This document shows, piece after piece, positions 32,800 to 45,936 of a stretch of 64,000 nt of DNA. Numbering within the stretch: the first letter of the stretch is position 1; each line of letters starts with the position of its first letter. Both the position numbers and the translations under genes were made by a program. The notes beneath the pieces were generated by a model. It was not told the DNA's origin and made no database searches. It saw only the letters and a program-made list of their open reading frames with translations. The stretch is from Macrostomum lignano (taxonomy: Eukaryota), in contig NIVC01000486.1 of the NCBI GenBank assembly GCA_002269645.1, positions 372,001 through 436,000 of the forward strand, in the 5' to 3' direction.

Positions 32800-33776
32800 C
32801 GATTTCACTTCTTGGCTGTAGCGAGCAAAGCTGTCTGAAATGATGCAGAATAAAGCATGGAGCTCATTAGAAATCGGATGTCTATGAGAGCCATGCTCGC
32901 AGCTGCACTGACTCACCCTGATCGCACTGACTACCACCCCGGGGAACAATGCCGCAGGCGGTGGCCCAGCACTGGCACTCAGCTGCGCCGGGTAACCTGC
33001 CTGCTGCACACATTGCGAATTTGACGCGAAATTCTGCGCAACACGCGGCTGCGTCAGGCTTGCCGCAGAGCTTTAAAATAAAAATACAGATTACAAATTA
33101 GCAGCCATTAACTGATTCAGTCAGCACAATAGCAAGAAATCTAGTAGCTACCTTCTCAGACAGCAGATCATCACTGAACGATACTAACTTGATCGAATCC
33201 GCTTGCGCCAGGTACTTTAAACAGGTGGGCGACAGATAGCGATTGCCTTTAGGTGTTTTTCAAGCAATGCTTTGATTATGAAGACGCAGGTTGATAGTTA
33301 GGAAGTTTCTGAACATTTCTTCCTCCAGGTAAGTACTAAATATTTACTACCTGCCAGTTAAACAATGGTGAGTGGCGCTCATACCGCCTATTAGCCGCAA
33401 TGACTGGCACAAGCGGGTGCTGGTCCCACAGCCGGACACCGCGAATTGACACCCTGCGCAGCCAGCGCATCAGCGGCAGAACCAGCAGCAGCCGGTTGCA
33501 CAGAGGTGAGCCCGGCTCCACCTGAATGAAGTCCAAGCACAGACAGGTGCAAAAACTGTCGCTAAACGCCTGGTCCATGAGCCGACAGACGCTAACTAAC
33601 CGATCATCAGGGTCGCAGCTCCTATTCTCAAGCTGCTCAACTGCAGTCGCACTGCAGAAGCGTTGCAGCATGTCCAAGCCCAGGTGCTCGGGCACGAATG
33701 CCAGCGAATCAACTTGGTGCAGATGAGGACCGATGAATCTGCAGCAGATGGCGGTCAGGCTCTCGGGCTGGTGCAT
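32800..33776 (-). CDS. LRRC42: LRRC42-like protein (main exon ~33385-33776; downstream exons uncertain)
   Basis: SLTAICCRFIGPHLHQVDSLAFVPE..AF....CLCL..LRRVSIRGVRLWDQHPLV resembles LRRC42 (VESL.GFPE / SLCL / L.GCRLGD.H). The assignment is from recall. Confidence 0.5.
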
Positions 33777-33916
33777 CGCAGACTGGCTGCAGTGGAAATT
33801 TGAATTCCTCTGTAATAATGGCCTCCTTTGTATGCAATCATAATCAAGAGTGAGGCTACAATATTCTAAGGGAATTAAAGGACACTTAGTAGTCACTGCA
33901 CAGCCATCTGGTATAA

Positions 33917-34500
33917 ACACACCCGTCCACTATAAACACACCCGTCCACTATAAACACACCTATCCACTATAAACACACCCGTCCACTATAAACACACCC
34001 GTCCACTATAAACACACACCGTCCACTATAAACACACTCGTCCACTATAAACACACCTATCCACTATAAACACACCCGTCCACTATAAACACACACCGTC
34101 TACTATAAACACATACGTCTACTATAAACACACCCGTCCACTATAAACACACTCGTCCACTATAAACACACCCGTCCACTATAAACACACCCACCCACTA
34201 TAAACACACCCGTCCACTATAAACACACCCATCCACTATAAACACACCCATCCACTATAAACACACCCGTCCACTATAAACACACCCATCCATTATAAAC
34301 ACACCCGTCTACTATAAACACACCCGTCCACTATAAACACACACATCCACTATAAACACACCCGTCCACTATAAACACACCCATCCATTATAAACACACC
34401 CGTCCACTATAAACACACCCATCCACTATAAACACACCCATCCACTATAAACACACCCGTCCACTATAAACACACCCATGCACTATAAACACACCCGTCT
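33917..34500 (+). repeat. 20-bp minisatellite (ACACCCGTCCACTATAAAC)
   Basis: About 29 tandem units. Confidence 0.95.
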
Positions 34501-34923
34501 ACCTACAGAAACTATAGGAACTTATAGAAAGTCAAAATGATCAAGCTAGCTTTAGCCACATTTTGTTAAAAAAGAAAAATAGCAATCGACTGAACTAAAT
34601 AATAAAAAATACACGCAAAAAGCTGTGTATTTTGGTAGCAATAATATTTAAAACATTTTCAAACAAAAAAAACAAATGGCAATAACGTGTTGGAACTAGA
34701 AGCAAAATAAATAATAACAAAACTGCAGATACATAAAAAACAGCAAATGCTTAAAACTTGAGTTTAAATACTAATTCAACCTTCTTGAAAGAGAGGCGCA
34801 AAATACCCTGGACAGCTGAAGTAGCAAGACTTTACGCTCGCACACTCGACTTGATCCTTCTGCATCGGCTGTCTTCTCTTCTGGGGTCCGGGCGGATTTG
34901 CTGGCCAGCTGCAAATCCCCAGA

Positions 34924-35707
34924 TCAGCGAAGCCGCTTCTCCTCCAGCAGCCGTTTCAACAGCGCCCTGGCCAGCTCTTCCGCGTTGGCCAGCATGCAGC
35001 GAAATTTATAGTCGAAGGTGTCTCTCTCGCCGCGGGTGCAGCCGCTGGGCAGCTTCAGCAGCTGACAGAATTTATAGAACTGCGCCAAAGGTGGCGGCGA
35101 CCCAGATGGCTTGATGAGGCACACAGATTCTGACTGGGGGCACAGGATCAGTTTGCTGTGGTCAGACAGGTTGTTCACCTGTCGAGTGGGCGGTTCAATG
35201 GCGTTAATTAATTAATTAGTTGGTTAGTCAGTTAGTTAGTTACATTTAGTTAGTTAGTTGGTTAGTCAGTTAGTTAGTTACATTTAGTTAGTTAGTTGGT
35301 CAGTCAGTTAGTTAGTTACATTTAGTTAGTTAGTTGGTTAGTCAGTTAGTTAGTTACATTTAGTTAGTTAGTTGGTCAGTCAGTTAGTTAGTTACATTTA
35401 GTTAGTTAGTTGGTTAGTCAGTTAGTTAGTTAGTAAGTTAGTTGGCCAGTTAGATAGTTAGTCAGTCAGTCAGTCAGTCAGTCAGTCAGTCAGTCAGTCA
35501 GTCAGTCAGTCAGTCAGTCAGTCAGTTAGTTAGATAGCTAGTTAGTTAGTTAGTTAGTTAGTTTGTTAGTTAGTTAGTTAGTTAGTTAGCTAGTTAGTTA
35601 GTTAGTTAGTTAGCTAGTTAGTTAGTTAGTCAGTTAGTTAGTTTATCAGTCAGTCAGTCAGTCAGTCAGTCAGTCAGTCAGTCAGTCAGTCAGTCAGTCA
35701 GTCAGTC

Positions 35708-35744
<37 letters not shown>

Positions 35745-38700
35745 CTTAGTTAGTTAGTGAGTGAGCTACATATCTATCATCTACCTGCATCCGCCCTGCT
35801 ACATGTAAATCAATCAATCTCGATCAAGGTACCCATCAACTTATCAACCTACTCCCACGACAGCCTACCTGCAGCACGCCGTCGCTCATGCAGAATGCCA
35901 CGTAGCGTCGAGTCCGCATCCAGGCCGTCACCAGAATCGGCGCTCTGTCTCGCGTCGAACCGCCGACATCCAACAATTCGTTCCGACAGTTTTCTCTTCC
36001 GCTGGCGCTGTCGACTTCGCTGCTTAGAGCGTCAGCAGCGGATGCCAGGTTCTGCTCCAGGTAGCTTCTAAACAGGCCCAGCAATTTGAGTCGCTTGGCT
36101 TCGACCTTGTCCTCGACTTTTACAGCGCTCCAACTGTACAAGACGTCAGGAGACGAGCAGCGCTGAAGCGCTCGACAGCCGTCGTTGAAGACGGCGCCAA
36201 CCGAGCCATCTGGCAGCTGGTAGCCCAGCCCGATGCCGGCCGTGACGCAGTCAACCCAGCGGCACACCCAGGCTGGCGGGGTCAGCGTCATTGGCTGCAG
36301 CTCTGTTGGGTCAAATATGCCGTCTAGTGGTCTGGCGGGCGGGCCTGGAATGGCGATGCTATGGCGATTGGAGGGCGATGCTATGGCGATTGGAGGGCGA
36401 TGCTATGGCGATTGGAGGGCGATGCTATAGCGATTGGAGGGCGATGCTATGGCGATTGGAGGGCGATGCTATGGGGATTGGAGGGCGATGCTATGGCGAT
36501 TGGAGGGCGATGCTATAGCGATTGGAAGGCGATGTTATAGCGATTGGAGGGCGATGCTATGGGGATTGGAGCTCGATGCTATAGCGATTGAAAGGCGATG
36601 CTATGGCGATTGAAAGGCGATGCTATGGCGATTAAAGGGTGATGCTATAGCGATTGGAGCTCGATGCTATAGCGATTGAAAGGCGATGCTATGGCGATTG
36701 AAAGGCGATGCTATGGCGATTGGAGGGCGATGCTATAGCGATTGAAAGGCGATGCTATGGCGATTGGAGGGCGATGCTATGGCGATTGGAGGGCGATGCT
36801 ATGGCGATTGGAGGGCGATGCTATAGCGATTGGAAGGCGATGTTATAGCGATTGGAGGGCGATGCTATAGCGATTGGAGGGCGATTTATAATTATATATT
36901 GAGCACATGGTCACTCCTTAGTGAATGGGCCGTTGATAATTGATTACACCTGCCTCAATTGGGCCAGATGTGCAACCGATAGCTCAGCCGCAGCTATTTG
37001 CGCGGCGCATCTGAAGGCTGCGTACGGCTGTTCCGTCCAAGGACTGGGGGGTCGCCACACACACCCTAAATTACCCCAGCTAATGCTGGCATCCATTTTA
37101 CAGCTGGGTGTCCTGCTCAAGGTCACAAATTGTTTCGAGGGGGTCAAGAATCGAACCCCTGACCTTTCAATCGTGAGTCCACATGCTTTCAGACAATGAG
37201 GATTAAATAAGTTTGAGCTCAAAAGCGTATTAATCATTGTTCCAAAAACAAAATGAAAATCAAGATCCCATTCACCAGCCAGTCGCTTGCCCTTCCTCTT
37301 CAACGACAGCTCGGCCTCCTCTGCAGCGTCCGCCCCGTCCACCAGGTTCTGCAGCAGGCGGGACAGGCTCCGACAGCTGGCGATGGACACGTCGAGATCA
37401 TCGAGGGCGCCGCGACAGCTGCTGGAGAACAGCGGCGGGCTGCTGAATGCAGAATCGGGCAGGCAGCGCAGCTGGAGCCGTGCGGCGCCCAGGTAGGCGG
37501 CCGAGTCGGTGTCCGCCAGGTTGGCAACGTCGGCTGCCGATGGCCGAGCCGAGGGCGACGCGGACAGCAGGCGGGTGATGAAATTGGCGGCCGCAGGCGG
37601 GAAGTGGCGCCGCTGGAGGCTGAGGCGGCCAGCGCGGATGAGGCGGCAGGTCTTGATGAAGGAGGGAGAGGGAGAGGGAGATACGAGCCTGTAGATCTGA
37701 ATACAGAATCCTGAATTTGAGACCATCGATGTGCGACTGGGACATGGAATCTGGATCTAAAATATATTTGTAGGACCGTATTGGGATCTGGGATCAGGAA
37801 TGTAGGATTAGGCATCTGGAATCGGGAATGTAGGATTAGGCATCTGGAATCGGGAATATAGGATTAGGCATCTGGAATCGGGAATGTAGGATTAGGCATC
37901 TGGAATCGGGAATATAGGATTAGGCATCTGGAATCGGGAATGCAGGATTAGGCATCTGGAATCGGGAATGCAGAATTAGGCATCTGGAATAAGGAATGCA
38001 GAATTAGGCATCTGGAATCGGGAATGTAGGATTAGGCATCTGGAATCGGGAATATAGGGTTAGGCATCTGGAATCGGGAATATAGAATTAGGCATCTGGA
38101 ATCGGGAATGTAGGATTAGGCATCTGGAATCGGGAATGTAGGATTAGGCATCTGGAATCGGGAATGTAGGATTAGGCATCTGGAATCGGGAATGTAGGAT
38201 TAGGCATCTGGAATCGGGAATGCAGGATTAGGCATCTGGAATCGGGAATGCAGGACTAGGCATCTGGAATCGGGTATGTAGGATTAGGCATCTGGAATCG
38301 GGTATGTAGGATTAGGCATCTGGAATCGGGTATGTAGGATTAGGCATCTGGAATCGGGAATGTAGGATTAGGCATCTGGAATCGGGAATGTAGGATTAGG
38401 CATCTGGAATCGGGAATGTAGGATTAGGCATCTGGAATCGGGTATGTAGGATTAGGCATCTGGAATCGGGAATGTAGGATTAGGCATCTGGAATCGGGTA
38501 TGTAGGATTAGGCATCTGGAATCGGGAATGTAGGATTAGGCATCTGGAATCGGGAATGTAGGATTAGGCATCTGGAATCGGGAATGTAGGATTAGGCATC
38601 TGGAATCGGGAATGTAGGATTAGGCATCTGGAATCGGGAATGTAGGATTAGGCATCTGGAATCGGGTATGTAGGATTAGGCATCTGGAATCGGGAATGTA

Positions 38701-40562
38701 GGATTAGGCATCTGGAATCGGGAATGTAGGATTAGGCATCTGGAATCGGGAATGTAGGATTAGGCATCTGGAATCGGGAATGTAGGATTAGGCATCTGGA
38801 ATCGGGAATGTAGGATTAGGCATCTGGAATCGGGTATGTAGGATTAGGCATCTGGAATCGGGTATGTAGGATTAGGCATCTGGAATCGGGTATGTAGGAT
38901 TAGGCATCTGGAATCGGGTATGTAGGATTAGGCATCTGGAATCGGGTATGTAGGATTAGGCATCTGGAATCGGGAATGTAGGATTAGGCATCTGGAATCG
39001 GGAATGTAGGATTAGGCATCTGGAATCGGGAATGTAGGATTAGGCATCTCGAATCCAGGATCGGATAATAATAATAATTCATTCTGAAAGTGTTAGCAAA
39101 GAACTGAAATTCTCCACCGCTCACCTCCAACGCATTCGCTCCCTTGAATGGCAAGTCGCCAGCCAGCATAACGTGCATAATGCAACCAATGGCCCAGATA
39201 TCCGCGGCGAAGTAGCAGCAGCAGGCGAAGTTCGAACTCCTCGGCGAGCCGATAGCGCCGAGCAGCTCCGGCGCCATGTAGGCGAGGGTGCCGCAGACGG
39301 GCTGCCGGCTGCCGGACTCCTCGGCTGGCCGGCAGGCGAACCCGAAATCGGCGATGCGCAGCAGCATCCGCTCGGTGAGCACCAGGTTGCTGGGCTTCAG
39401 GTCGCGGTGGGCAACGCCGCAACGGCGGTGCAAATGCTGGCAGCCGTCGAATAGTTGGCGAAGATAGAACTGCGCCTCCGGCTGCGAGACCGCGCCGCGA
39501 AGGCTGATCACGTCCTGCGGGGGAGGGAGGAATGGCGATAATGTCAAATCATGTCAAATGATTATCATGTCAAATGATGATTATGTCAAATAATGATCAT
39601 GTCAAATGATGACCCTGTCAAATGATGATCATGTCAAATAATTATTATGTCAAATGATGATCATGTCAAATAATGATCATGTCAAATGATGACCCTGTCA
39701 AATGATGATTATGTCAAATAATGATTATGTCAAATGATGATCATGTCAAATAATGATCATGTCAAATGATGACCCTGTCAAATGATGATTATGTCAAATA
39801 ATGATTATGTCAAATGATGATCATGTTAAATGATGATGATGCCAAATGATGATCATGTCAAATAATGATCATGTCAAATGATGACCATGTCAAATGATGA
39901 TCATGTCAAATGATGACCATGTCAAATGATGATCATGTTAAATGATGATGATGCCAAATGATGATGATGCCAAATGATATTCATGTCAAATGATAATCAT
40001 GACAAATGATAATCATGTCAAATGATAATCATGCCAAATGATAATCATGACAAATGGTTATCATGTCAAATGATTATTATTATTAAATGATGATGATTAT
40101 TATTTTAAATGATGATGATGATGTCAAATAATGATGATGTCAAATAATGATGTGACAAATGATGATCATGACATATCTGTCAAATAATAAATCATACAAT
40201 GCACCAATCACCTGTAAAGTCTGCCTAGTGCACAGCTCAGTCAGCAGGTAGACACCAACGGAGTCCTCAAACCAGTCAATCAGTTGCAGCACATGCCGAT
40301 GCTTAGGCAGACTGGAATGCAGGCGAATCTCTCTGGCCAATCGCTGCTGAGCAGCCGGGCTGTCAATCAGTCGGCATTTTGGCAAAGCTTTGCAGGCGAG
40401 GCACTGCAGTCTGGCAGTTCTAGTTGTAGGCAGAAGTGACAGCACAGCGAAACAGCTTGACGTGGCACCCCGGCCAAGCAGGCAGAGTCGGCGATATGTG
40501 GTGCCATTGCGCTTGTTGGTCAGCTGCAGACTGGGCGTGAACTCTATGGGGGCCTGGAGCAT
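34924..40562 (-). CDS. Divergent Polo-like kinase; exons 40212-40562, 39125-39514, 37276-37696, 36950-37065, ~35869-36330, 34924-35178
   Basis: Kinase motifs LGRGATSSC, ACK, REI, HRDLKPSN, DFG, CGTLAYMAPE, DIWAIGC. Polo boxes WVCRWVD..GLGYQL.DGSVGAVFND and WMRTR..SDGVLQ|VNNLSDHSKLILCP. GT/AG sites found; one acceptor is uncertain. Confidence 0.88.
35215..35760 (+). repeat. (TTAG)n/(TCAG)n microsatellite, intronic
   Basis: Direct reading of the sequence. Confidence 0.95.
36352..36886 (+). repeat. 22-bp minisatellite (GGCGATTGGAGGGCGATGCTAT), intronic
   Basis: About 24 tandem units. Confidence 0.95.
37797..39055 (+). repeat. 28-bp minisatellite (GGAATCGGGAATGTAGGATTAGGCATCT), intronic
   Basis: About 45 highly homogeneous units. 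Confidence 0.97.
39540..40175 (+). repeat. ~15-bp minisatellite (ATGTCAAATGATGATC), intronic
   Basis: About 40 degenerate units. Confidence 0.92.
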
Positions 40563-43192
40563 ACATTATATAATTATTTTAAATACCATTCTTAAAACTA
40601 TTTTTACTACTTTAGCTGAAAACAATAATTACTACTACATGTAGTAGCATATACAAAAAATTACACATTATTAATAGTAAAAATTTACATACTTCCTCAT
40701 ATTTCAATGTAAAATGCCAGTAAAAGTGTATTATTATCAATTTTTATAAGAATATATGTATACTAAAAGAACACAAGTAACAAGAGAATGGTAGGTATTT
40801 GTATAATATTTATATTTTTTGATAGTACAGTTTTTTCCAGACAATATTATTTTGGGGCAATCCAGCTGAGTCAAGCCTAGAGGCTATGTATATGTTTATA
40901 TTAATATATATATAAACACTGAAGCATCTATGGTTTTGCTCACTAAGCTTAACTAAAAATTCAAGGCTTGTTCTTTTGTACAACATATACAGTACTCAAG
41001 GAATTAGGACTATTTAGCAGTTCTATCAAGATCAGACAACAATAGACTAGATTATAGACATTTATCAACTTTAATTCCAAAATGAAAGAGCTTTTAAAGA
41101 TTTTTAACCTATCCTAGCAAATAATACACACCAAACAAGATAGGAAATTGAAAAGGAAATATCTAGGCTGGGAAAAATTATAGAAAAGATATATAACTTG
41201 ATTAGTTTAGATTAGATTAGTTTGTTTCTATTTATATCTATGTCTACAACTAACCTAAGACTTATTACATATTTTTTCTCAAAAGACAAAAAGAAGTAAT
41301 TTTATAGAAAATTTTATAAAGAATTTCTTAGGCCTATTAGTTCTTGGTATTTTCCAGTGTTAGGCACCCTTAATTAAAATCTTAACTTCCATTAATGGCA
41401 AAAAGTAGCATTAAAACAAAAATCTTAATTTTAAAAATCTAAACTCTAAAAATCTTAACTCTAATTTCATTAAGTTAATTGAAAGTTAACTGATTAATCT
41501 GTTAATGTTAAAATTTTAATAATCAACATAGAAAATATAGAAATCATACACTTTTTTCAAAACAGACTTCCATAATGCATTGTCTTTGCTTTTTTACCTT
41601 TATAGCAAAACACAGGTCATCTAAGGGATCTACAAGCAAAAAAGTAATAAATAATAATTTAAAAAGCTTTTATATATAATACTACTAAAATTAAGCATAT
41701 GGTAAAATAAGTAACTCATTTATTTGAAACTTGAAAGCTAATTAGATATTAATAAAATACAACTAGGAAGGTTGTTTCAGTAGCATTAGCAGGCATAGCA
41801 GAAAGTTACAAAAGATTGGGAAAGAAGTGAATCAAAATGATCCATGCTTATGTGCAAGCAATAAAGTTCATAATTTGAATTCATTATTAAAGTTCATTAA
41901 TGCAAATTTGTTGCATTAATCTTTAATTGCATTAATTAAACAAAAAAATCTTGATGATAGTCAATTAACATTAATGAAAAATCTTAATGCTTATAAATGC
42001 TTATTAATAGATTAACATTTATTAATGGACTGGTGCCCAACACTGGTATTTTCAGACATTTAAAAAATCTTTAAAAGCATGCGATGGCAGTCAATATGTT
42101 GTATTTAATATCTTGACAAGATTTGAGACAATATATAAAACTATGATAGACTTCTAAAAGATGTCAAATAATTTTAATCTATCAAAAACTTATACAAAAT
42201 TTAATTTAACTAAGTATGACTAGTAGTGCAAGCTAGGCTTACTGTCTAGCCTACACAAAAGCTATTTTTCATCTTTTATTTATATTTTTTGATATTAAGC
42301 TCATTTATTTAAGGCTAAATTAGATAGAAAACTTTTCCCAAAATGGATATAACTAGAGATTAAAAATGAAGTTTAGAAAAATCACAAACTGTTAAACACA
42401 AAACACCCCTGGATAGGTTAAATTATAGTGATCTATGTGCTAAAAAATCATAGGTCTAAATGTTAAAAAGAATATAAAATCATATCAATGAATGAATTAG
42501 GTTTATTAATCAGCACAAAAACTTTTGATGCAACGAAAACTAACAATGTACTTGTAAATCACAAAAAAGTGCTAGTGGTCAAATATTCAGCATTGTGATA
42601 TGTGGGAATGATGATAACATGCAAATATGCTTTATTCCATGCAATGCAAGGACTTTATATTTAAAGGGCCTGAAATCTTCACTGGTTCTACAGTGAATAA
42701 AATATCTAATAATTTATTTTGAAGAGCCCCTAGCGATTTCTTTATTGCTGCAGTATAATGATACTGACAAGTGACAACTACAGCTAGGCGACTTAATTCA
42801 AATCAGTTGTCAAAGTGGCGCAGCCTGGCGGGAGCGCAAAAGTAGTAGTAGTAAGTTGGCTCAGGCAAGAAGCCTGTTTGGCCAGTATATTTCTGTGTAT
42901 TTAAGTTATTTTAGCATTAGTTGTTTAATTACGATTAAGTTCAAAAGGTTAAATTTGTTCAAAAGGTTAAATTTTTACACGAGTTACGATGCGAGTTACG
43001 ATATTTGTAAAATTATTAAGGTATTTGAAAGAGCGTTTTTTGTAAAAAGATGTAGTATTTTGCAAGTGCGCAATATTTCAAAGCGTGAAAAACGAACGAA
43101 AAATGAACAAAAACGAACTTCGAAAGAACTTTAACGTTAAACGAATAGCGACGATTTAAATAGCGATGGCAATTCGAGCATGCGATGGCAAT

Positions 43193-43496
43193 GGGTCTCC
43201 CTAAAACACGCACCGCCCCGCCCCGAACCGCTACACATTATAACATTTTTTGTCAACGCAGTATTTGATTGCAAAGAAAACTATTTGTTGTACAAGTAAT
43301 GGAATAAATATCTTTAAACAATATTATAAATATCACTTATTATTCACCGAATTTTATATTTCATAGTAAAAAACTTAATTTAATAAAAACTTTGAAGCTT
43401 AACAGAAAACGCATTTTGAAGTGTCTTCAGTTATAGTCCAATTTGTTTTAATGTGTAGCGCTGCAGGGCGGTGCGGGGCGTGTTTTAGGGAGACCC
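43193..43496. mobile_element. 304-bp MITE with GGG..CCC termini and 8-bp TSD
   Basis: ~50-bp imperfect TIRs starting GGGTCTCCCTAAAACACGC. TSD ATGGCAAT at 43185-43192 and 43497-43504. Confidence 0.85.
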
Positions 43497-44983
43497 ATGG
43501 CAATTCGAAAATCGTTTGATGATGTGGGTTAAAACAAAAGCGTTGAAAAATAGACCTATTAAGACTGATAAAGTAGCTTCTGTAATAATTTTTTCTCACT
43601 TTTAAGCAATCTCGCAACTGTTGGTTAAGAATATAATTTCGCGAAAACTGTTGCAGATTTTTTGCCAATTTTCGCGAGCATGCAGTGGTAAGGGAATCAG
43701 TCAAACTATGAGAATAGTTTCACTGAGTTTTCACTGAGTTCCTCTGAATAGTTTCACATAGTTTCTCCTAGTTTCTCAAACTATGAGAAACTATGAGATT
43801 TTTAGTTTGACGGTGCACATGTACAAATTTACGTAAGTATTGTACAAATACAAATTTACAAATTATACAAATTTACGTAGTAGTAGTACATGTACTACTA
43901 CTACGTCTCAAAAAATTTTCCTGTGTATATAGCTACTTAGGAGAGCAAAACATTATTTTTTAGACTTGAAGGGCCAGAAAAATCACATAGAAGGGAAATA
44001 TAAGGCTAAATAAAGGTGTTTAAGTGCTTTCTCACGTACGAGAACAGCCGCGATAACTGCCTGCATGGCTAAAAAATCATTAAATACTATCAGTTCATCT
44101 GACTGCATGCAGCTTTGAACTATAGTTTATATCTGATTTTAAGGACCTATAAGTTTTCGAGCTGGCATGGGAACCGCTAAGCTATATGACTGTACTAAAT
44201 CGAACAAAAATTGGCAGTTCTTTTAATTGCAGGGCCGGCCATGAACATGTGATCGAACGCTTAGAATAGAATAGAACATTCACAGAATGGGAGTATTTGT
44301 CTATGTTGCGGATTATAAGGTCGTTTGAATTAAGTCTTACTCACCAGAGGAATTTTTCGAGATTGAGCAAATTCGATTTTTTCATACGGCCTATCACATT
44401 GTACATGTATAGTCGCTAAAGTGCGCATATTATAAGCTTCTTATATACGAGTTATATGATTCCCAGGATTCGAAAATTCGGCTCTAAGTTACTCAACGAT
44501 ACTCCCTTGTTACTCACTGATTCACTAAGTTACTCAATGATCTCCAAAGTTACTCAATGATTCCCAGATTTACTCAGTATCTCAAGAACTGCCTTAGATG
44601 TACTGTAGACGTGTGGTTTTTGTAGGCACCTGCTGCCCAGGGGCCCGTGCTATAGAATACTCTTAACTCCTAAATCCTTAAGAGAGTCCTAACTCCTAGC
44701 TCCTAGCTGGCTTTTCTGTGCTATAGAATCAAGAGTAAATTTTAAGAGCTAGGAGGCTCCTTAAGGACGTTAGGAGACTCCTGGGTGAATTTAGGAGAAC
44801 TCATTTTAAAGGTCCGTGGCATGCTATAGAATTAGGAGAGGAAGTCTAGGAGCTAGGAGTTGGCTTTTAGGAGTGATTCTAGGAGCGTGTGTCCTATAGA
44901 ATGAGAAAATTTCGCTCCTAACTCTTGACTCCTAAGCCAGAGTTCAAGGGCCAATTTTCACTCTTAGACAAGCTAGGATTATA

Positions 44984-45160
44984 ATGTTTTCGGACATCGA
45001 ATCGGATTCTGATGAGGAAGGAGTCAATGATAGACGCCGTCGACAATTTAAGACAAGAATTACTTTTTTTGAAGAAGATCCAGCCGAGAGTGCTATGCAT
45101 TTTAGACTTAACGAGATCCAGCTTTCAAGCCTAACAGATAGAATTCGACACAGAATCGAA
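44984..45160 (+). pseudogene. Harbinger transposase N-terminal remnant
   Basis: RRRRQFKTR....AMHFRLNEIQLSSL..RIRHRIEH resembles the Harbinger/HARBI1 N-terminus. There is no DDE core. Confidence 0.55.
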
Positions 45161-45936
45161 CATCTTTGTACCAAACTTTTCACGGCATTCCAATATCACG
45201 TCTTGCCACATAGCAATCTTCGCATTCTTAGTTATGGTTGTACTAAACGCACCAAAGAGAACCTCTTTGCATGCAGCGACGGCTCTCACAAAAGATATTT
45301 TTTAGAAATTTGCATTTCCTATATACTAAAAATGAAAATCTTGCTTGCTTGCTTGCTTGTAATCGATTAGAGAAAAAATGGCTTAACCGATTTTCATGAG
45401 ACTTGCACTGTTCGATCAGAAATTTTCCCGTGACTGTACATGCATCGTGGCTAAGAAATTTCTCGATGCTAAAGGCATTAAATATTCGAAAAACATGCTT
45501 TTTTGCAAAGGTCAAGCAAACTTTTCGACTTGAAATGCATTGTAAGAATGCTAGAGAAAAAACTGACTGGTTGAATTCTGATTCTGAAATAGATTGCATC
45601 ATAACTGAATTGTAACTCCGACTTGAATTGCGTCACAGTATTGAAAATGCAGTGTGGAAGCGTAGCACCAGACTTGATTTAGATTGCGTAACCATATTGT
45701 CAACTTTAATTGAGACTGATACTGACTTGCCTGGGAAATTGATTATGTCATAACTGCTTCGTGAGTGAGTGTTAAATTTTATATAAGTGCTACAATATTT
45801 CATTAATAAATTCGATAAGAGCTTGCCTAGATGTGAACAGACTGGACTGCCAATGCAGCGACCTGGGTTCGAATCTTAGTAGAGAAATGTTTTTTTTATT
45901 GAAAGCTTTTATTAAAGGACTAATTAAAGGACTAAA

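Noticed and set aside
45825-45885. tRNA gene (GGTTCGAATC B-box)
   Set aside because: No convincing cloverleaf could be folded, and the copy at ~50215-50280 is degenerate. At most it is a tRNA/SINE-derived remnant within the Helitron.
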